From positions 56,459 to 120,458 of the forward strand of contig CAZBAG010000001.1 in NCBI GenBank assembly GCA_964490365.1: DNA of 64,000 nt, read 5' to 3'. The notes beneath the pieces were generated by a model. It had not been told where the DNA came from. It saw nothing but the letters and a program-made list of their open reading frames with translations, and did not search any database. The first letter of the stretch is position 1. The number at the start of each line of letters is the position of its first letter. The translations under genes and the position numbers were made by a program. Below are positions 7,528 through 17,021 of the stretch, in pieces. Source of the stretch: an uncultured Candidatus Saccharibacteria bacterium (GTDB lineage: Bacteria; Patescibacteriota; Minisyncoccia; Phycocordibacterales; CSBR16-119).

Positions 7528-8913
7528 ATGTTTAAAAAAATAAATTTTCAAAAAAATAAAAAATATATTATTGGGACGGTAATTTTTATCGCCTTATTAC
7601 TTATTGTTGTAGGTAACAATAATAAAGATGCTGATATTGTTCGAGGGTCTGTTACTCGCGGAACAATTAGTTCAGCTATTCGACTTGCTGGAAAGGTTGA
7701 ATCACTCCAAGATGTCTCACTTCGTTTTAGCATGTCTGGCACTATCCAAGATGTATATGTTGTAGAAGGACAAGAAGTGAAAGAGGGTGATCGGCTCATG
7801 AGTCTCGACAATCGTTCACTCTTTGCCAACCTCCTTGGTGCACAAGCAAATCTTGAATTACAAAAGGCTGAGTCAAAAGTTTCAAACGCAGAGCTCGATC
7901 TTGCTGTACAAAATGCATATACAGATCTTCTTAATAACGATTTGCAGGCATATCCACTCAATTACGATGATGACTACAATCTCGAAGCTCCTGAGGTAGT
8001 TGGGTCTTTTCTTGGCAAAACATCGGGTGAGTATCAGCTTGAGATCTATAGCTCAGCCGCTTCTTCTGGGGCGTCATTTCGCTATAGTGGTTTTGAAAAG
8101 GGATCAGATACTGTTAACAAATATTCACCATCAAAACTCGGTAACTTGGGCCTCTCTCTTCAATTTGACGATGCGAGTAACTATCAAAATACCGATTGGG
8201 TAATTCCAATTCCAAATACACGAAGTTCAAGTTATAGCTCTGCTCTTAATGCATACCAAAGTGCGCTTGCAAGTCGCGATGCAACAGAATCAAATAATGT
8301 TTCAGAGCAGATTACCAGTGCAAGAATCAAACAAGCTGAAGCAGAAGTCGCAAAGATACAAGCTGAGATACATGAGCGCATTCTACGAGCGCCATTTGCC
8401 GGAACTGTTTCGTTCCTTGGTCCAAATAAGGGTGAGATTGCTTCTGCCGATGAAGTTGCTGTTTCTCTCATTTCTCCAAATAACTATAAAATTATTATTC
8501 AAGTTCCTGAGGTTGATCTTTCAGACATTCAAATGAATCAAGTTGCTGATGTTTCGCTTGATGCATATCCAAATCAAACATTTAAAGCACATGTGGTATC
8601 GGTAGATTCCGCCGAAACTATTGTGGACGGAGTTTCAGTCTACGAAGCTACACTTTACTTTGATGAACCATATGCTGAGATTAAATCTGGTATGAGTGCT
8701 ACTGTTGATATTGTTACTAATACTAAAGAAAACGTACTGATGGTCAAAAAACAATTCATTGAAAAAGATGAAGCAGGTGAGTATGTATACGTGTATATGG
8801 AAGGGGAACACATTAAAACATATATCACAACAGGACTTACAGGAACTGATGGTTCAGTAGAAGTGCTCGGCGGTCTCACAGAATCAGACAACCTTATTGG
8901 TAAATTTGAATAA
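7528..8913 (+). CDS. efflux ABC transporter periplasmic adaptor (HlyD/MacA-like membrane fusion protein) with a long insertion in the helical hairpin
   Basis: N-terminal TM, a lipoyl-like SGTIQDVYVVEGQEVKEGDRL motif, beta-barrel/MPD-like C-terminal motifs (RILRAPFAGTV), and a Ser/Asn-rich insert of about 170 aa. Start set at MFKKINF; a TGATATAAT promoter lies at about 7500. Confidence 0.7.
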   Translation: MFKKINFQKNKKYIIGTVIFIALLLIVVGNNNKDADIVRGSVTRGTISSAIRLAGKVESLQDVSLRFSMSGTIQDVYVVEGQEVKEGDRLMSLDNRSLFANLLGAQANLELQKAESKVSNAELDLAVQNAYTDLLNNDLQAYPLNYDDDYNLEAPEVVGSFLGKTSGEYQLEIYSSAASSGASFRYSGFEKGSDTVNKYSPSKLGNLGLSLQFDDASNYQNTDWVIPIPNTRSSSYSSALNAYQSALASRDATESNNVSEQITSARIKQAEAEVAKIQAEIHERILRAPFAGTVSFLGPNKGEIASADEVAVSLISPNNYKIIIQVPEVDLSDIQMNQVADVSLDAYPNQTFKAHVVSVDSAETIVDGVSVYEATLYFDEPYAEIKSGMSATVDIVTNTKENVLMVKKQFIEKDEAGEYVYVYMEGEHIKTYITTGLTGTDGSVEVLGGLTESDNLIGKFE

Positions 8914-8914
8914 T

Positions 8915-10162
8915 ATGTTGACTGCACTACGCGTCGGTTTCTTTCTTGGAATACGTCAAATAAAGAGAGCTAATAAATGGACTACCGCACTCATTATCTT
9001 TATTATGATGCTCACATTTCTTAATCTTGTGGGTGTGTCCGGTATTTTAGTTGGTCTTATTGAGGGGTCAGTAAAAGCAAACCGCGAACAGTATAGTGGT
9101 AATGTACTCCTTACAACACCAAAAGGTGAGTCGTACATAGATGAGAGCGGAAGTATTCTAAGAACGATTGAAACAATTCCCGAAGTAGATACGTACACTG
9201 CTCGTTTTATTGAATCAGCAACGATTGAAGCAAACTATCGAACACGTCGTGATCCGGAAGCCTTGCGTGACAGCGTTGGTGCACAAGTTGCGGGTATTGA
9301 TATTCTTGAAGAAGACAGAGTGACAGGTATTTCCCAATATGTAACCGAGGGCGAATACTTAAATCCTGGTGACGACGAATATGTCCTCATGGGGGCGAAC
9401 ATGATTCAACGCTACGTGTCAGCTTTTGGCGAAGGATTTGATACACTCGACGATATTTTCCCTGGAACACGAATTCGTATTTCAGCAAATGGGAAAACAA
9501 AAGAGTATACCGTGAAGGGAATTATTGACAGTAAGGTTGATCAGACATCATTTCGCATTTTTATGACTGACAAAGAATTTATTCGCTTCTTTGATCGAAC
9601 AAGTCTCAATGTGAACGAAATTGCCGTGTTGGCACAAGAAGGTGTTTCTGAATCAACACTCAAAAATATTTTTGTCAGAAGTGGGTTTGCCGACGAGGCA
9701 AAAGTTCAAACCTCAGAAGAGGCGATTCCTCAATTTCTTACCGACATTAAGTTAGCATTTGCGCTTCTTGGGAACATTATTGGGGGTATTGGTATTATTG
9801 TCGCGTCGATTACGATCTTCATCATTATTTTCATCAATGCGATTACGCGTCGAAAGTATATTGGTATTTTGAAAGCGATTGGTATTGAGGCACGCTCAAT
9901 TCAGTTTGCATATATTTTCCAATCCTTATTCTATGCTGTTTCTGGGGCGTTGCTCGGCATGCTCATTCTATATGGAGTGATGGTTCCAGGCTTCGATGCA
10001 CACCCTATCGATTTTCCGTTCTCTGATGGTATTTTAGTTGCGCCGTTTGATAGCACGATGAGAAAATTCATACTTCTTCTTGTTGTTACTTTTTTTGCCG
10101 GCTTTATTCCTGCATCAATGATTATTAAGAAAAATACTCTCGACTCAATCTTAGGAAGATAA
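8915..10162 (+). CDS. ABC transporter permease, FtsX-like/MacB-type
   Basis: N-terminal TM, a large periplasmic domain, and three to four C-terminal TM helices in an FtsX-like fold. Confidence 0.7.
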   Translation: MLTALRVGFFLGIRQIKRANKWTTALIIFIMMLTFLNLVGVSGILVGLIEGSVKANREQYSGNVLLTTPKGESYIDESGSILRTIETIPEVDTYTARFIESATIEANYRTRRDPEALRDSVGAQVAGIDILEEDRVTGISQYVTEGEYLNPGDDEYVLMGANMIQRYVSAFGEGFDTLDDIFPGTRIRISANGKTKEYTVKGIIDSKVDQTSFRIFMTDKEFIRFFDRTSLNVNEIAVLAQEGVSESTLKNIFVRSGFADEAKVQTSEEAIPQFLTDIKLAFALLGNIIGGIGIIVASITIFIIIFINAITRRKYIGILKAIGIEARSIQFAYIFQSLFYAVSGALLGMLILYGVMVPGFDAHPIDFPFSDGILVAPFDSTMRKFILLLVVTFFAGFIPASMIIKKNTLDSILGR

Positions 10163-10175
10163 TTTTTTGTTACAT

Positions 10176-10853
10176 ATGATTACCGTAAAAAATCTTACAA
10201 AAACATATACGAACGGCAAACTCGAGACACATGTGTTGAAAGGTATTGATCTTGATGTTAAAGCGGGGGAGTTTGTTGCCATTATGGGAAAGTCTGGTGC
10301 TGGAAAATCAACCTTTATGTATCAGATTAGTCTTCTTGATGAACCAACAAGCGGTAGTATTGTTGTTGACGGGGAAGAGGTATTACAGCTTTCAAATAGA
10401 GAGCGAACAAAGTTTCGTTTAGATAGACTTGGCTACGTATTTCAAGACTACGCACTACTTCCAGAACTTACTGCATCCGAAAATGTTCTTATTCCTCTTC
10501 TTATGAAAGGTCAAACACAAGAAGAAGCTGCACAAAAAGCTCGCAAAGCTCTCGCTGAAGTTGGGCTCGAACATCGGGAGCACAACCGTCCGTCACAACT
10601 CTCTGGTGGTGAACAACAACGAGTCTCTATTGCTCGTGCGATTGCTGAGGATCCAAAAATTCTTTTTGCCGATGAGCCAACGGCAAACCTTGATTCTGCA
10701 TCAGGTAATCATATTATTGAAGTCCTTCGCGATTTAAATAAAAAAGGTCAGACAATCGTCATGGTTACGCACGAAAAAGAATATACACTTTACTGTGATC
10801 GCATCATCTATCTTGCAGATGGGAAAATTATAAGGGAAGAAAAGATTAAATAA
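10176..10853 (+). CDS. ABC transporter ATP-binding protein (MacB/LolD-type)
   Basis: Walker A GKSGAGKST, signature LSGGEQQR, Walker B ILFADEPT. Confidence 0.9.
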   Translation: MITVKNLTKTYTNGKLETHVLKGIDLDVKAGEFVAIMGKSGAGKSTFMYQISLLDEPTSGSIVVDGEEVLQLSNRERTKFRLDRLGYVFQDYALLPELTASENVLIPLLMKGQTQEEAAQKARKALAEVGLEHREHNRPSQLSGGEQQRVSIARAIAEDPKILFADEPTANLDSASGNHIIEVLRDLNKKGQTIVMVTHEKEYTLYCDRIIYLADGKIIREEKIK

Positions 10854-10857
10854 TCTT

Positions 10858-11562
10858 ATGGAACACGTAACTATCATCACATCATTTCTGGCTGGGCTTG
10901 TGATGTTTCTTGCGCCCTGTACGCTTCCACTAGTGCCAGGGTTTATTTCCTATATCTCTCACGGTGAGCGCGATAAAGTTCTTCGAAAAGCCATGCTTTT
11001 TTGTCTTGGTTTTTTGCTCACGTTTATGGTGTTTGGTCTTTTTGCAGGAATACTAGGAACACTACTTCTTCCGTATAAACTAGTCATTCAAAAAATTGGG
11101 GCAGTATTTGTTATTATCCTTGGACTCTACATGCTCGGTTTGTTTAATCTGCCTTTTTTCAAAGGGCAAATTTTTGGAGAACAGCTACGAAAAATATTTC
11201 ATTCAAAAACATCACCATTTTTCTTTGGTGTTTCGATTGCGCTTGGGTGGAGTCCGTGTGTTGGACCAGTACTTGCAGGTATTTTTTTCTATGCCACATT
11301 TTCATATAGCATTCTGGGGGCGCTTTGGTTATTTCTTTTTTTCTCACTCGGATTTGTCGTACCGTTTATGCTAATTGCATATCTGGTCGGACGAGGGAAA
11401 AACATATATCTAAACTCATCGAAATGGTTCACCGTGCTTGCCGGACTTATGTTGATTGGCATTGGTGTTCTTCTCTATATAGACAATTTCTATCTCATTA
11501 TTAGCTTCGCCTACAAGCTCTTTGGAGTAATTAACTATGAAGGGATAAACAATCTACTCTAA
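10858..11562 (+). CDS. ccdA: cytochrome c biogenesis / thiol-disulfide transporter CcdA (DsbD family)
   Basis: The two conserved Cys motifs of the CcdA/DsbD transmembrane core are present: LAPCTLPLVPGF and GWSPCVGPVLAG. Confidence 0.8.
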   Translation: MEHVTIITSFLAGLVMFLAPCTLPLVPGFISYISHGERDKVLRKAMLFCLGFLLTFMVFGLFAGILGTLLLPYKLVIQKIGAVFVIILGLYMLGLFNLPFFKGQIFGEQLRKIFHSKTSPFFFGVSIALGWSPCVGPVLAGIFFYATFSYSILGALWLFLFFSLGFVVPFMLIAYLVGRGKNIYLNSSKWFTVLAGLMLIGIGVLLYIDNFYLIISFAYKLFGVINYEGINNLL

Positions 11563-12216
11563 TTCTTCATCTTTTTGTTCAAGGCCTGGGATAATAGTTG
11601 GCATAAATTCGCCAATCTTCGCTATCCACTTCATAAAATTTCTTTGAATATATCGAAATAGAAAAAAGGCGACTACAATTGCAAGAATAAGTAAAAGATA
11701 GTTTTTAAATTGAGCAACACCTTCGCTGATCACTTGTATTTGTTTATGGAAGTAGTTACCAAGTCCTAGAAAAATATTTACATAGACAACGAGAGCCAAA
11801 AAGTCATACATCAGAAATTTTTTCCGACTAATACCAACATGTCCAGCTATGACAGGACCCATAAAACGTAAATAGACTAAAAATCTTGAAAAGAAAATAA
11901 TTTTTTCGATGTGCTTTTCTAAATATTCTTTGTTTTTTAGAATCCCCTTGTTTTCTAGACGTTTTTGAAGTCTGGCGGTCAGCTTACTCCCGCGTTTTGC
12001 CAAACTGTATAAAATATAATCGCTTACGAGCATACCAAGGATAAATAAACCAAGTACAAACGAATAGTGAAATACCCCAATACCCGTAAAATATCCCATT
12101 GTTAAAAGGACCAGTTCTTCGGGAACAGGGATGATGACGTTTGAGAGAAGTGCGAGGATAAAGACTCCTCCATACGTGAGTCCACCCATGGACATCATTA
12201 GATTTGTTTCTTGCAC
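11554..12216 (-). CDS. DedA/VTT-domain family membrane protein
   Basis: SNARE-associated/DedA-like pattern (F.G.P..AG; polytopic), recognised from memory. Confidence 0.6.
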   Translation of the reverse strand: MQETNLMMSMGGLTYGGVFILALLSNVIIPVPEELVLLTMGYFTGIGVFHYSFVLGLFILGMLVSDYILYSLAKRGSKLTARLQKRLENKGILKNKEYLEKHIEKIIFFSRFLVYLRFMGPVIAGHVGISRKKFLMYDFLALVVYVNIFLGLGNYFHKQIQVISEGVAQFKNYLLLILAIVVAFFLFRYIQRNFMKWIAKIGEFMPTIIPGLEQKDEELE

Positions 12217-12284
12217 ATTGGCTATTATACTATGATTTCAAGAAATGATATACTGAGACTATTAGTCCTAATACAATAATATTT

Positions 12285-12752
12285 ATGGATAACAACACAT
12301 CACAAGTAAAAAAGTTTTTCTTCATTACCTTAGCACTAGCAATCATTTTAGTTGGCTTTGTGCTTATAAGAAACAATAAAAAGGCTGGAACTGAAGCTGA
12401 GTATGAAATTGGTCGGGCAATGGTTGATAGTGTTGATGTAGTCCTTAAAGAATCATTCCCAGTGCAGGTTGACGTACTCGTAAAGGGAAATCTTCCTGAC
12501 GGATGTACTGAGCTTGGTGATATTAAGCAACAACTCGTAGCCAAAACATTTAATGTTACGCTTGAAACGCGAAAACTTAAAGATACTGAGGTTATGTGTA
12601 CACAAGCTCTTGTTCCATTTGAAGAAACTATCGCACTTGAAAATGTTGTCGGTATTTCTGCAGGAGAATACACTGTTGATGTAAATGGTATGAAGAAAAC
12701 ATTTACTATGGATGTCGACAACTATATTTCTAACGTTGACCCACTTAAATAG
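12285..12752 (+). CDS. hypothetical membrane-anchored protein
   Basis: ORF with an N-terminal TM helix. Confidence 0.5.
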   Translation: MDNNTSQVKKFFFITLALAIILVGFVLIRNNKKAGTEAEYEIGRAMVDSVDVVLKESFPVQVDVLVKGNLPDGCTELGDIKQQLVAKTFNVTLETRKLKDTEVMCTQALVPFEETIALENVVGISAGEYTVDVNGMKKTFTMDVDNYISNVDPLK

Positions 12753-12758
12753 GGAATT

Positions 12759-13529
12759 ATGAAGTTTAAGGTTTTTATACTCTCACTTTTCTTGGTGCCG
12801 TATACTCTTTTTGCCCAAGGTACTTCTTTAAGGACTGGTTTTGTTGATGGACCAGTGTGGTTTTCGGATGAATCTCTTGTTCTTGGTGAGACTACAAAAA
12901 TCTATACTGCTATTTTTAACGGGGAAGACACAAAACTCTCTGTAAAGGTTGATTTCATTGATGACACAATCGTACTTGGAACAAAAGATATTACTCTTAA
13001 TTCAAATGAAACAAGAGGTATATCGATTGATTGGAAAATAACCACTGGCTCTCATAAGATTTTTGCTCGTATAGCAAGTGCTACGGTAAATGGTAAAACA
13101 GTTCTTTTGGATCGAGATGTTACAGATGCAATTTCATTTTCTGTGACAAAAGAAATTCCAGGAAGTGTGGTGAAGAATGCACTGATGGCGAAATTTTCTA
13201 CTATTCTTGAAGGAGAAGGAACATTTACCCAAAAAGCAGATTCATGGTTTAAGCTGAACTTTAAGAAAAGTGAAGAATTTCGTGAACAAACACTCAAAAA
13301 AATTGAGAACTCAAAAAAGGTCGTAGAAAAAAGACGATTAGAAGAGAAGAACAAAAAAACCAGTGAAAAAATAATTCCAGCGATACATTTCTATGCTTTA
13401 ATTGTTGCGAAGTTTATTTTCTCAGTATCTATTGTGTTCTACTTGTGCGCGATAGCTCTTGCATATTTAGTTTTGTGCACACTCTGGCGAATTCTTAAAA
13501 GAATCTTTCGAAAAAAACACGAGGAATAA
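12759..13529 (+). CDS. hypothetical secreted protein with a C-terminal TM anchor
   Basis: Signal peptide MKFKVFILSLFLVPYTLFAQ, a Lys/Glu-rich segment, then a C-terminal TM helix. Confidence 0.5.
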   Translation: MKFKVFILSLFLVPYTLFAQGTSLRTGFVDGPVWFSDESLVLGETTKIYTAIFNGEDTKLSVKVDFIDDTIVLGTKDITLNSNETRGISIDWKITTGSHKIFARIASATVNGKTVLLDRDVTDAISFSVTKEIPGSVVKNALMAKFSTILEGEGTFTQKADSWFKLNFKKSEEFREQTLKKIENSKKVVEKRRLEEKNKKTSEKIIPAIHFYALIVAKFIFSVSIVFYLCAIALAYLVLCTLWRILKRIFRKKHEE

Positions 13530-13561
13530 AAAAGAAGACCCACGCACTTGGTGCGTGGGTC
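13527..13561 (-). terminator. intrinsic terminator for rpoD (GACCCACGCAC-ttgg-GTGCGTGGGTC)
   Basis: Perfect 11-bp stem. The T-run is on the minus-strand side. Confidence 0.8.
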
Positions 13562-13564
13562 ATA

Positions 13565-14452
13565 CTACCCGAGATATGGACGAAGCTGCTTGGCGTATCC
13601 GCTGTGCTTCAGTCGACGAATGGCCCTCTCCTTTATCTGACGCGCTCGTTCACGAGTTAGGTCAAACTTCTGGCCTATCTCCTCGAGCGTGTGTGGCTGG
13701 TTTCCTCCCAGACCATAATAGAGAAAGAGAGTGGTCTTTTCTTGTTCTCTGCACACTTGAGTGAGTATTCGTTCGACTAACCTTGTCCTTTCATCTTGGT
13801 CAAGTAACTCATAGGTTGTTTTTGAGCTTGAAGGCATAACCTCTAATAGACTTCCCCTTCCTGTAGATTCTTCTCCTTGAGCGGGTGCATCCAAGCTGAC
13901 ATGTCGGCCGTTATTGTTTTCAAGAGATGTCTTCACTTCTTCGTGTGTCATCTCAAGAACTTCTGTAAGCTCTTCTATTGTTGGTGGGCGGTGATGTTCT
14001 TGTTCAAGCTTGGCGAAAGCCTTGTTGATCTTGTTGATCGATCCGATCTTGTTGAGGGGTAATCGAACAACCCGACCTTGTTCAGCAATAGCCTGAAGTA
14101 TTTGTTGGCGAATCCACCATACAGCGTAGCTAATGAACTTGAAACCACGAGTTTCATCAAAACGCCCAACGGCCTTCATTAATCCAAGGTTTCCCTCGTT
14201 GATCAGATCCGGAAGGGTAAGTCCTTTGCCTTGGTACTGTTTTGCAACAGATACTACGAAGCGTAAGTTTGCACTCGCGAGTTTCTCCAGGGCTAACATG
14301 TCACCCTGTTTGATTCGTTGAGCTAATTCGACCTCCTCTTGTGCGGTAATCAACTTCACTTTTCCAATATCCTGAAGATACTTGTCCAAGGACGGTGTCT
14401 CACGATTAGTAACCTGTTTGGTTATCTTAAGCTGACGCATTCGTCGTGCCAT
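13565..14452 (-). CDS. rpoD: RNA polymerase sigma factor, sigma-70 family, RpoD-like short form
   Basis: Regions 2-4 are conserved: a region 1.2-like [10 protein letters not shown] motif, [22 protein letters not shown], and region 4.2 [23 protein letters not shown]. There is no region 1.1. Confidence 0.85.
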   Translation of the reverse strand: MARRMRQLKITKQVTNRETPSLDKYLQDIGKVKLITAQEEVELAQRIKQGDMLALEKLASANLRFVVSVAKQYQGKGLTLPDLINEGNLGLMKAVGRFDETRGFKFISYAVWWIRQQILQAIAEQGRVVRLPLNKIGSINKINKAFAKLEQEHHRPPTIEELTEVLEMTHEEVKTSLENNNGRHVSLDAPAQGEESTGRGSLLEVMPSSSKTTYELLDQDERTRLVERILTQVCREQEKTTLFLYYGLGGNQPHTLEEIGQKFDLTRERARQIKERAIRRLKHSGYAKQLRPYLG

Positions 14453-14554
14453 ATGCTCAGGTTTTAGTGTACTGTTTGTTTGTTATAATACAATTTAATA
14501 TAAAAAAGTCAATATTTTACGGAGTAGGGATAAATACATATAATCTGTCTATAC

Positions 14555-14833
14555 ATGTCACTAAAATCGTTTGTAAAAATAATGCTCGTGGTGTCACTCT
14601 TGCTCATGCCATTTTGGGTTACAGCAATTCTTTTTATTTTTTCAATATTTTATTTTGACTACTTCTATTTTGGTCTTTTGGTCATGTTTGTACTCGATTT
14701 GCTCTATGGATTTGAAACCGTTACACTTCATGGAATTCCAGGTATTGTTTTCTTTTCTTCAGTTATTCTATTCCTTCTCTCTTTTTTAGTAAAACGATTT
14801 ATCACTATTCGTCACAACTATGAAAATTTTTAA
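14555..14833 (+). CDS. small polytopic membrane protein, translationally coupled to the PBP gene; possibly a degenerate MreD-like protein
   Basis: 92 aa with three hydrophobic segments. Its end overlaps the next start by 14 nt, and a TATAAT box lies about 12 nt upstream. Confidence 0.45.
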   Translation: MSLKSFVKIMLVVSLLLMPFWVTAILFIFSIFYFDYFYFGLLVMFVLDLLYGFETVTLHGIPGIVFFSSVILFLLSFLVKRFITIRHNYENF

Positions 14834-16508
14834 AAAGAAACGAATTCAGCGTGATATTGCGCTCGATGAAATATTTATGGACAGTCACAATATGCCAGAC
14901 TTCGATACGCAACAGTTCGAAGGGCGTATTGAAACGCCAATTTCTAAGCGTTCGCTCATTACGCTTTCAATATTTTTTTTCTTAATTATCAGTGTGTTTT
15001 CTGCAAAGCTTCATGTGCTTCAAATTAAAAAAGGTGAAGCATACTACAAAATTAGTGAAAGAAACGCGTTGAATGGTCAGATTATTTTTGCGGACCGAGG
15101 TATTATTTATGATAGAAACGGTGTTGAGCTTGCATGGAATGAAGAAAAAGAGGAAGACGGTACATTTGGTAAACGCGCATATATTCAAAAAGGTGGATTT
15201 GGTGTACTCCTTGGCTATGTTGATATTCCCAAGAAAGATAAATTTGGTTTTTGGTGGCAAGAAAAATTTATTGGTAAAGACGGGCTCGAAAAATATTACG
15301 ATGATTCTTTAAACGGTGAAAACGGTAGTAAGTTTATAGAAAAAAATGCACTGGGTGAAATTGAATCAGAGAATATCGTCAATACTCCAGAGCACGGTGT
15401 TAACTTGAACGTTTCCATTGATTCTCGTTTACAGACTGTCATGTATGACGCTATTGTTGACCTGTCTTCACGTATTGGTTACGAGGGTGGGGCAGGCGTG
15501 ATTATGGACATTTACACGGGTGAAATTATTGTTTCGACAAGTTACCCAGAATATAGTTCGCAAGTCATGTCTGATGGTGAGCCAAATGAAGTCATTCAAG
15601 AATATTTAAACAATACTCGAAAACCATTTCTTAACCGACCAATCTCTGGACTATACTCACCAGGTTCTATTGTCAAACCGTTTGTCGCCATTGGGGCGCT
15701 CCATGAAAATGTCATTACAAAAGATACACGGATTTTAAGTACTGGTTCTATTGAAATTCCAAATCCATATAATCCAGAGCTTTCAACAATCTTTCGTGAT
15801 TGGAAAGAGGAAGGACACGGTTATGTAAATGTGGTTAGAGCGATTGGTGATTCGGTGAATACATTTTTCTATGCTATTGGTGGTGGTTACAAAGGGCAAA
15901 CAGGTCTCGGTATTTCAAAAATCGACGAATACATGAAACTCTTTGGAGTAGGGCAAAAGACAGGAGTTGATATGCAAGGAGAGGTAACAGGTGTTATTCC
16001 AAATCCTGATTGGAAGAAAAGAGTGTTCAAGGGTGATGCCTGGAGGCTCGGAGATACTTATAACACGTCAATTGGTCAGTATGGTTTTCAAGTAACACCT
16101 ATTCAAATGGTTCGCTCAATTGCAATTATTGCCAACGAAGGAGTCATGGTTACTCCAAGTTTTTCACTCGAAAGTATTAGCAAACCACAAAAGATTACCA
16201 AAGATATTTCTCCAGAAAATTATGCACTGGTAAAAGAGGGGATGAGAGATGTGGTGGAGGCTGGTACAGGTATGCTTCTTAATGTTCCGTACGTAAATGT
16301 TGGGGCAAAAACAGGTACCGCGCAAACAGGTGTTGGTAATAAATTTGTAAACTCATGGTCGGTCGGTTTCTTTCCATATGAAGAGCCCCGCTATGCATTT
16401 GTGGTTATGATGGAACGGGGTCCTTCGAAAAATGACTTAAGTTCATCGTTCGTTATGAGGCAAGTTTTTGACTTTATGAACACGACTGCGCCTGAATATT
16501 TCGAATAA
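14820..16508 (+). CDS. class B penicillin-binding protein / peptidoglycan D,D-transpeptidase (PBP2-like)
   Basis: SXXK motif (GSIVKP), SXN motif (DSVN) and KTG motif (AKTGTA), with an N-terminal TM and dimerisation domain. Confidence 0.85.
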   Translation: MKIFKKKRIQRDIALDEIFMDSHNMPDFDTQQFEGRIETPISKRSLITLSIFFFLIISVFSAKLHVLQIKKGEAYYKISERNALNGQIIFADRGIIYDRNGVELAWNEEKEEDGTFGKRAYIQKGGFGVLLGYVDIPKKDKFGFWWQEKFIGKDGLEKYYDDSLNGENGSKFIEKNALGEIESENIVNTPEHGVNLNVSIDSRLQTVMYDAIVDLSSRIGYEGGAGVIMDIYTGEIIVSTSYPEYSSQVMSDGEPNEVIQEYLNNTRKPFLNRPISGLYSPGSIVKPFVAIGALHENVITKDTRILSTGSIEIPNPYNPELSTIFRDWKEEGHGYVNVVRAIGDSVNTFFYAIGGGYKGQTGLGISKIDEYMKLFGVGQKTGVDMQGEVTGVIPNPDWKKRVFKGDAWRLGDTYNTSIGQYGFQVTPIQMVRSIAIIANEGVMVTPSFSLESISKPQKITKDISPENYALVKEGMRDVVEAGTGMLLNVPYVNVGAKTGTAQTGVGNKFVNSWSVGFFPYEEPRYAFVVMMERGPSKNDLSSSFVMRQVFDFMNTTAPEYFE

Positions 16509-16517
16509 TTACCAACA

Positions 16518-16546
16518 TTGACTTAGACCCATAAAATCGCTAGAAT
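16518..16546 (+). promoter_or_regulatory. sigma70 promoter TTGACT - 17 nt - TAGAAT, placed for a leaderless greA mRNA
   Basis: -35 at 16518-16523 and -10 at 16541-16546. The ATG at 16556 is only 10 nt downstream. Confidence 0.55.
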
Positions 16547-16555
16547 TACGCCAAT

Positions 16556-17017
16556 ATGATACGAGAATACATAACAAAAGAGCGAGCACAAGAACTAAAA
16601 GCCGAACTTCTCGAGCTTTCTAGTGTCCGAAGAAAAGAAATTATTGAATCTCTCGAATACGCAAAATCACTCGGAGACCTTTCAGAAAATGCAGAATATC
16701 AACAAGCTCGTGAAGCGCAAGCTATGCTTGAAGATCGAATCCAAGAAATCAATCGAATTCTCAAAGATGCAGAAATTGTTTCAAAGAAAAAAACAGATAC
16801 AGCTGGTATTGGATGTACTGTGGAAGTAAAGAAAAAAGGCGATACAAAATCACGTCACTATATTCTTGTTGGTGAAGGAGAGGCTGATATGGCTCTCGGA
16901 AAGATTTCTTACCAATCTCCACTTGGCGAAGCATTGTTTGGAGCAAAAAAAGGTGAGTCAGTTACCTTTAAAAGTCCAGCAGGTCCTATTGAATATAAAA
17001 TAATTGATATACAATAG
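16556..17017 (+). CDS. greA: transcription elongation factor GreA
   Basis: N-terminal coiled coil (LSENAEYQQAREAQAMLEDRI) plus an FKBP-like C-terminal domain. Size is typical. Confidence 0.9.
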   Translation: MIREYITKERAQELKAELLELSSVRRKEIIESLEYAKSLGDLSENAEYQQAREAQAMLEDRIQEINRILKDAEIVSKKKTDTAGIGCTVEVKKKGDTKSRHYILVGEGEADMALGKISYQSPLGEALFGAKKGESVTFKSPAGPIEYKIIDIQ

Positions 17018-17021
17018 AGTC

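Noticed and set aside
7548-7961. Minus-strand 137-aa ORF inside the adaptor gene, and similar antisense ORFs (8232-8471, 8655-8927, 22570-22980, 34504-34896, 36536-36919, 38369-38839)
   Set aside because: All are embedded antisense in strongly supported conserved genes. No independent promoter or terminator.
12230-12721. Minus-strand 163-aa ORF
   Set aside because: Entirely antisense to the better-supported plus-strand gene at 12285-12752, which has a TM helix and a sensible start. No independent signals.
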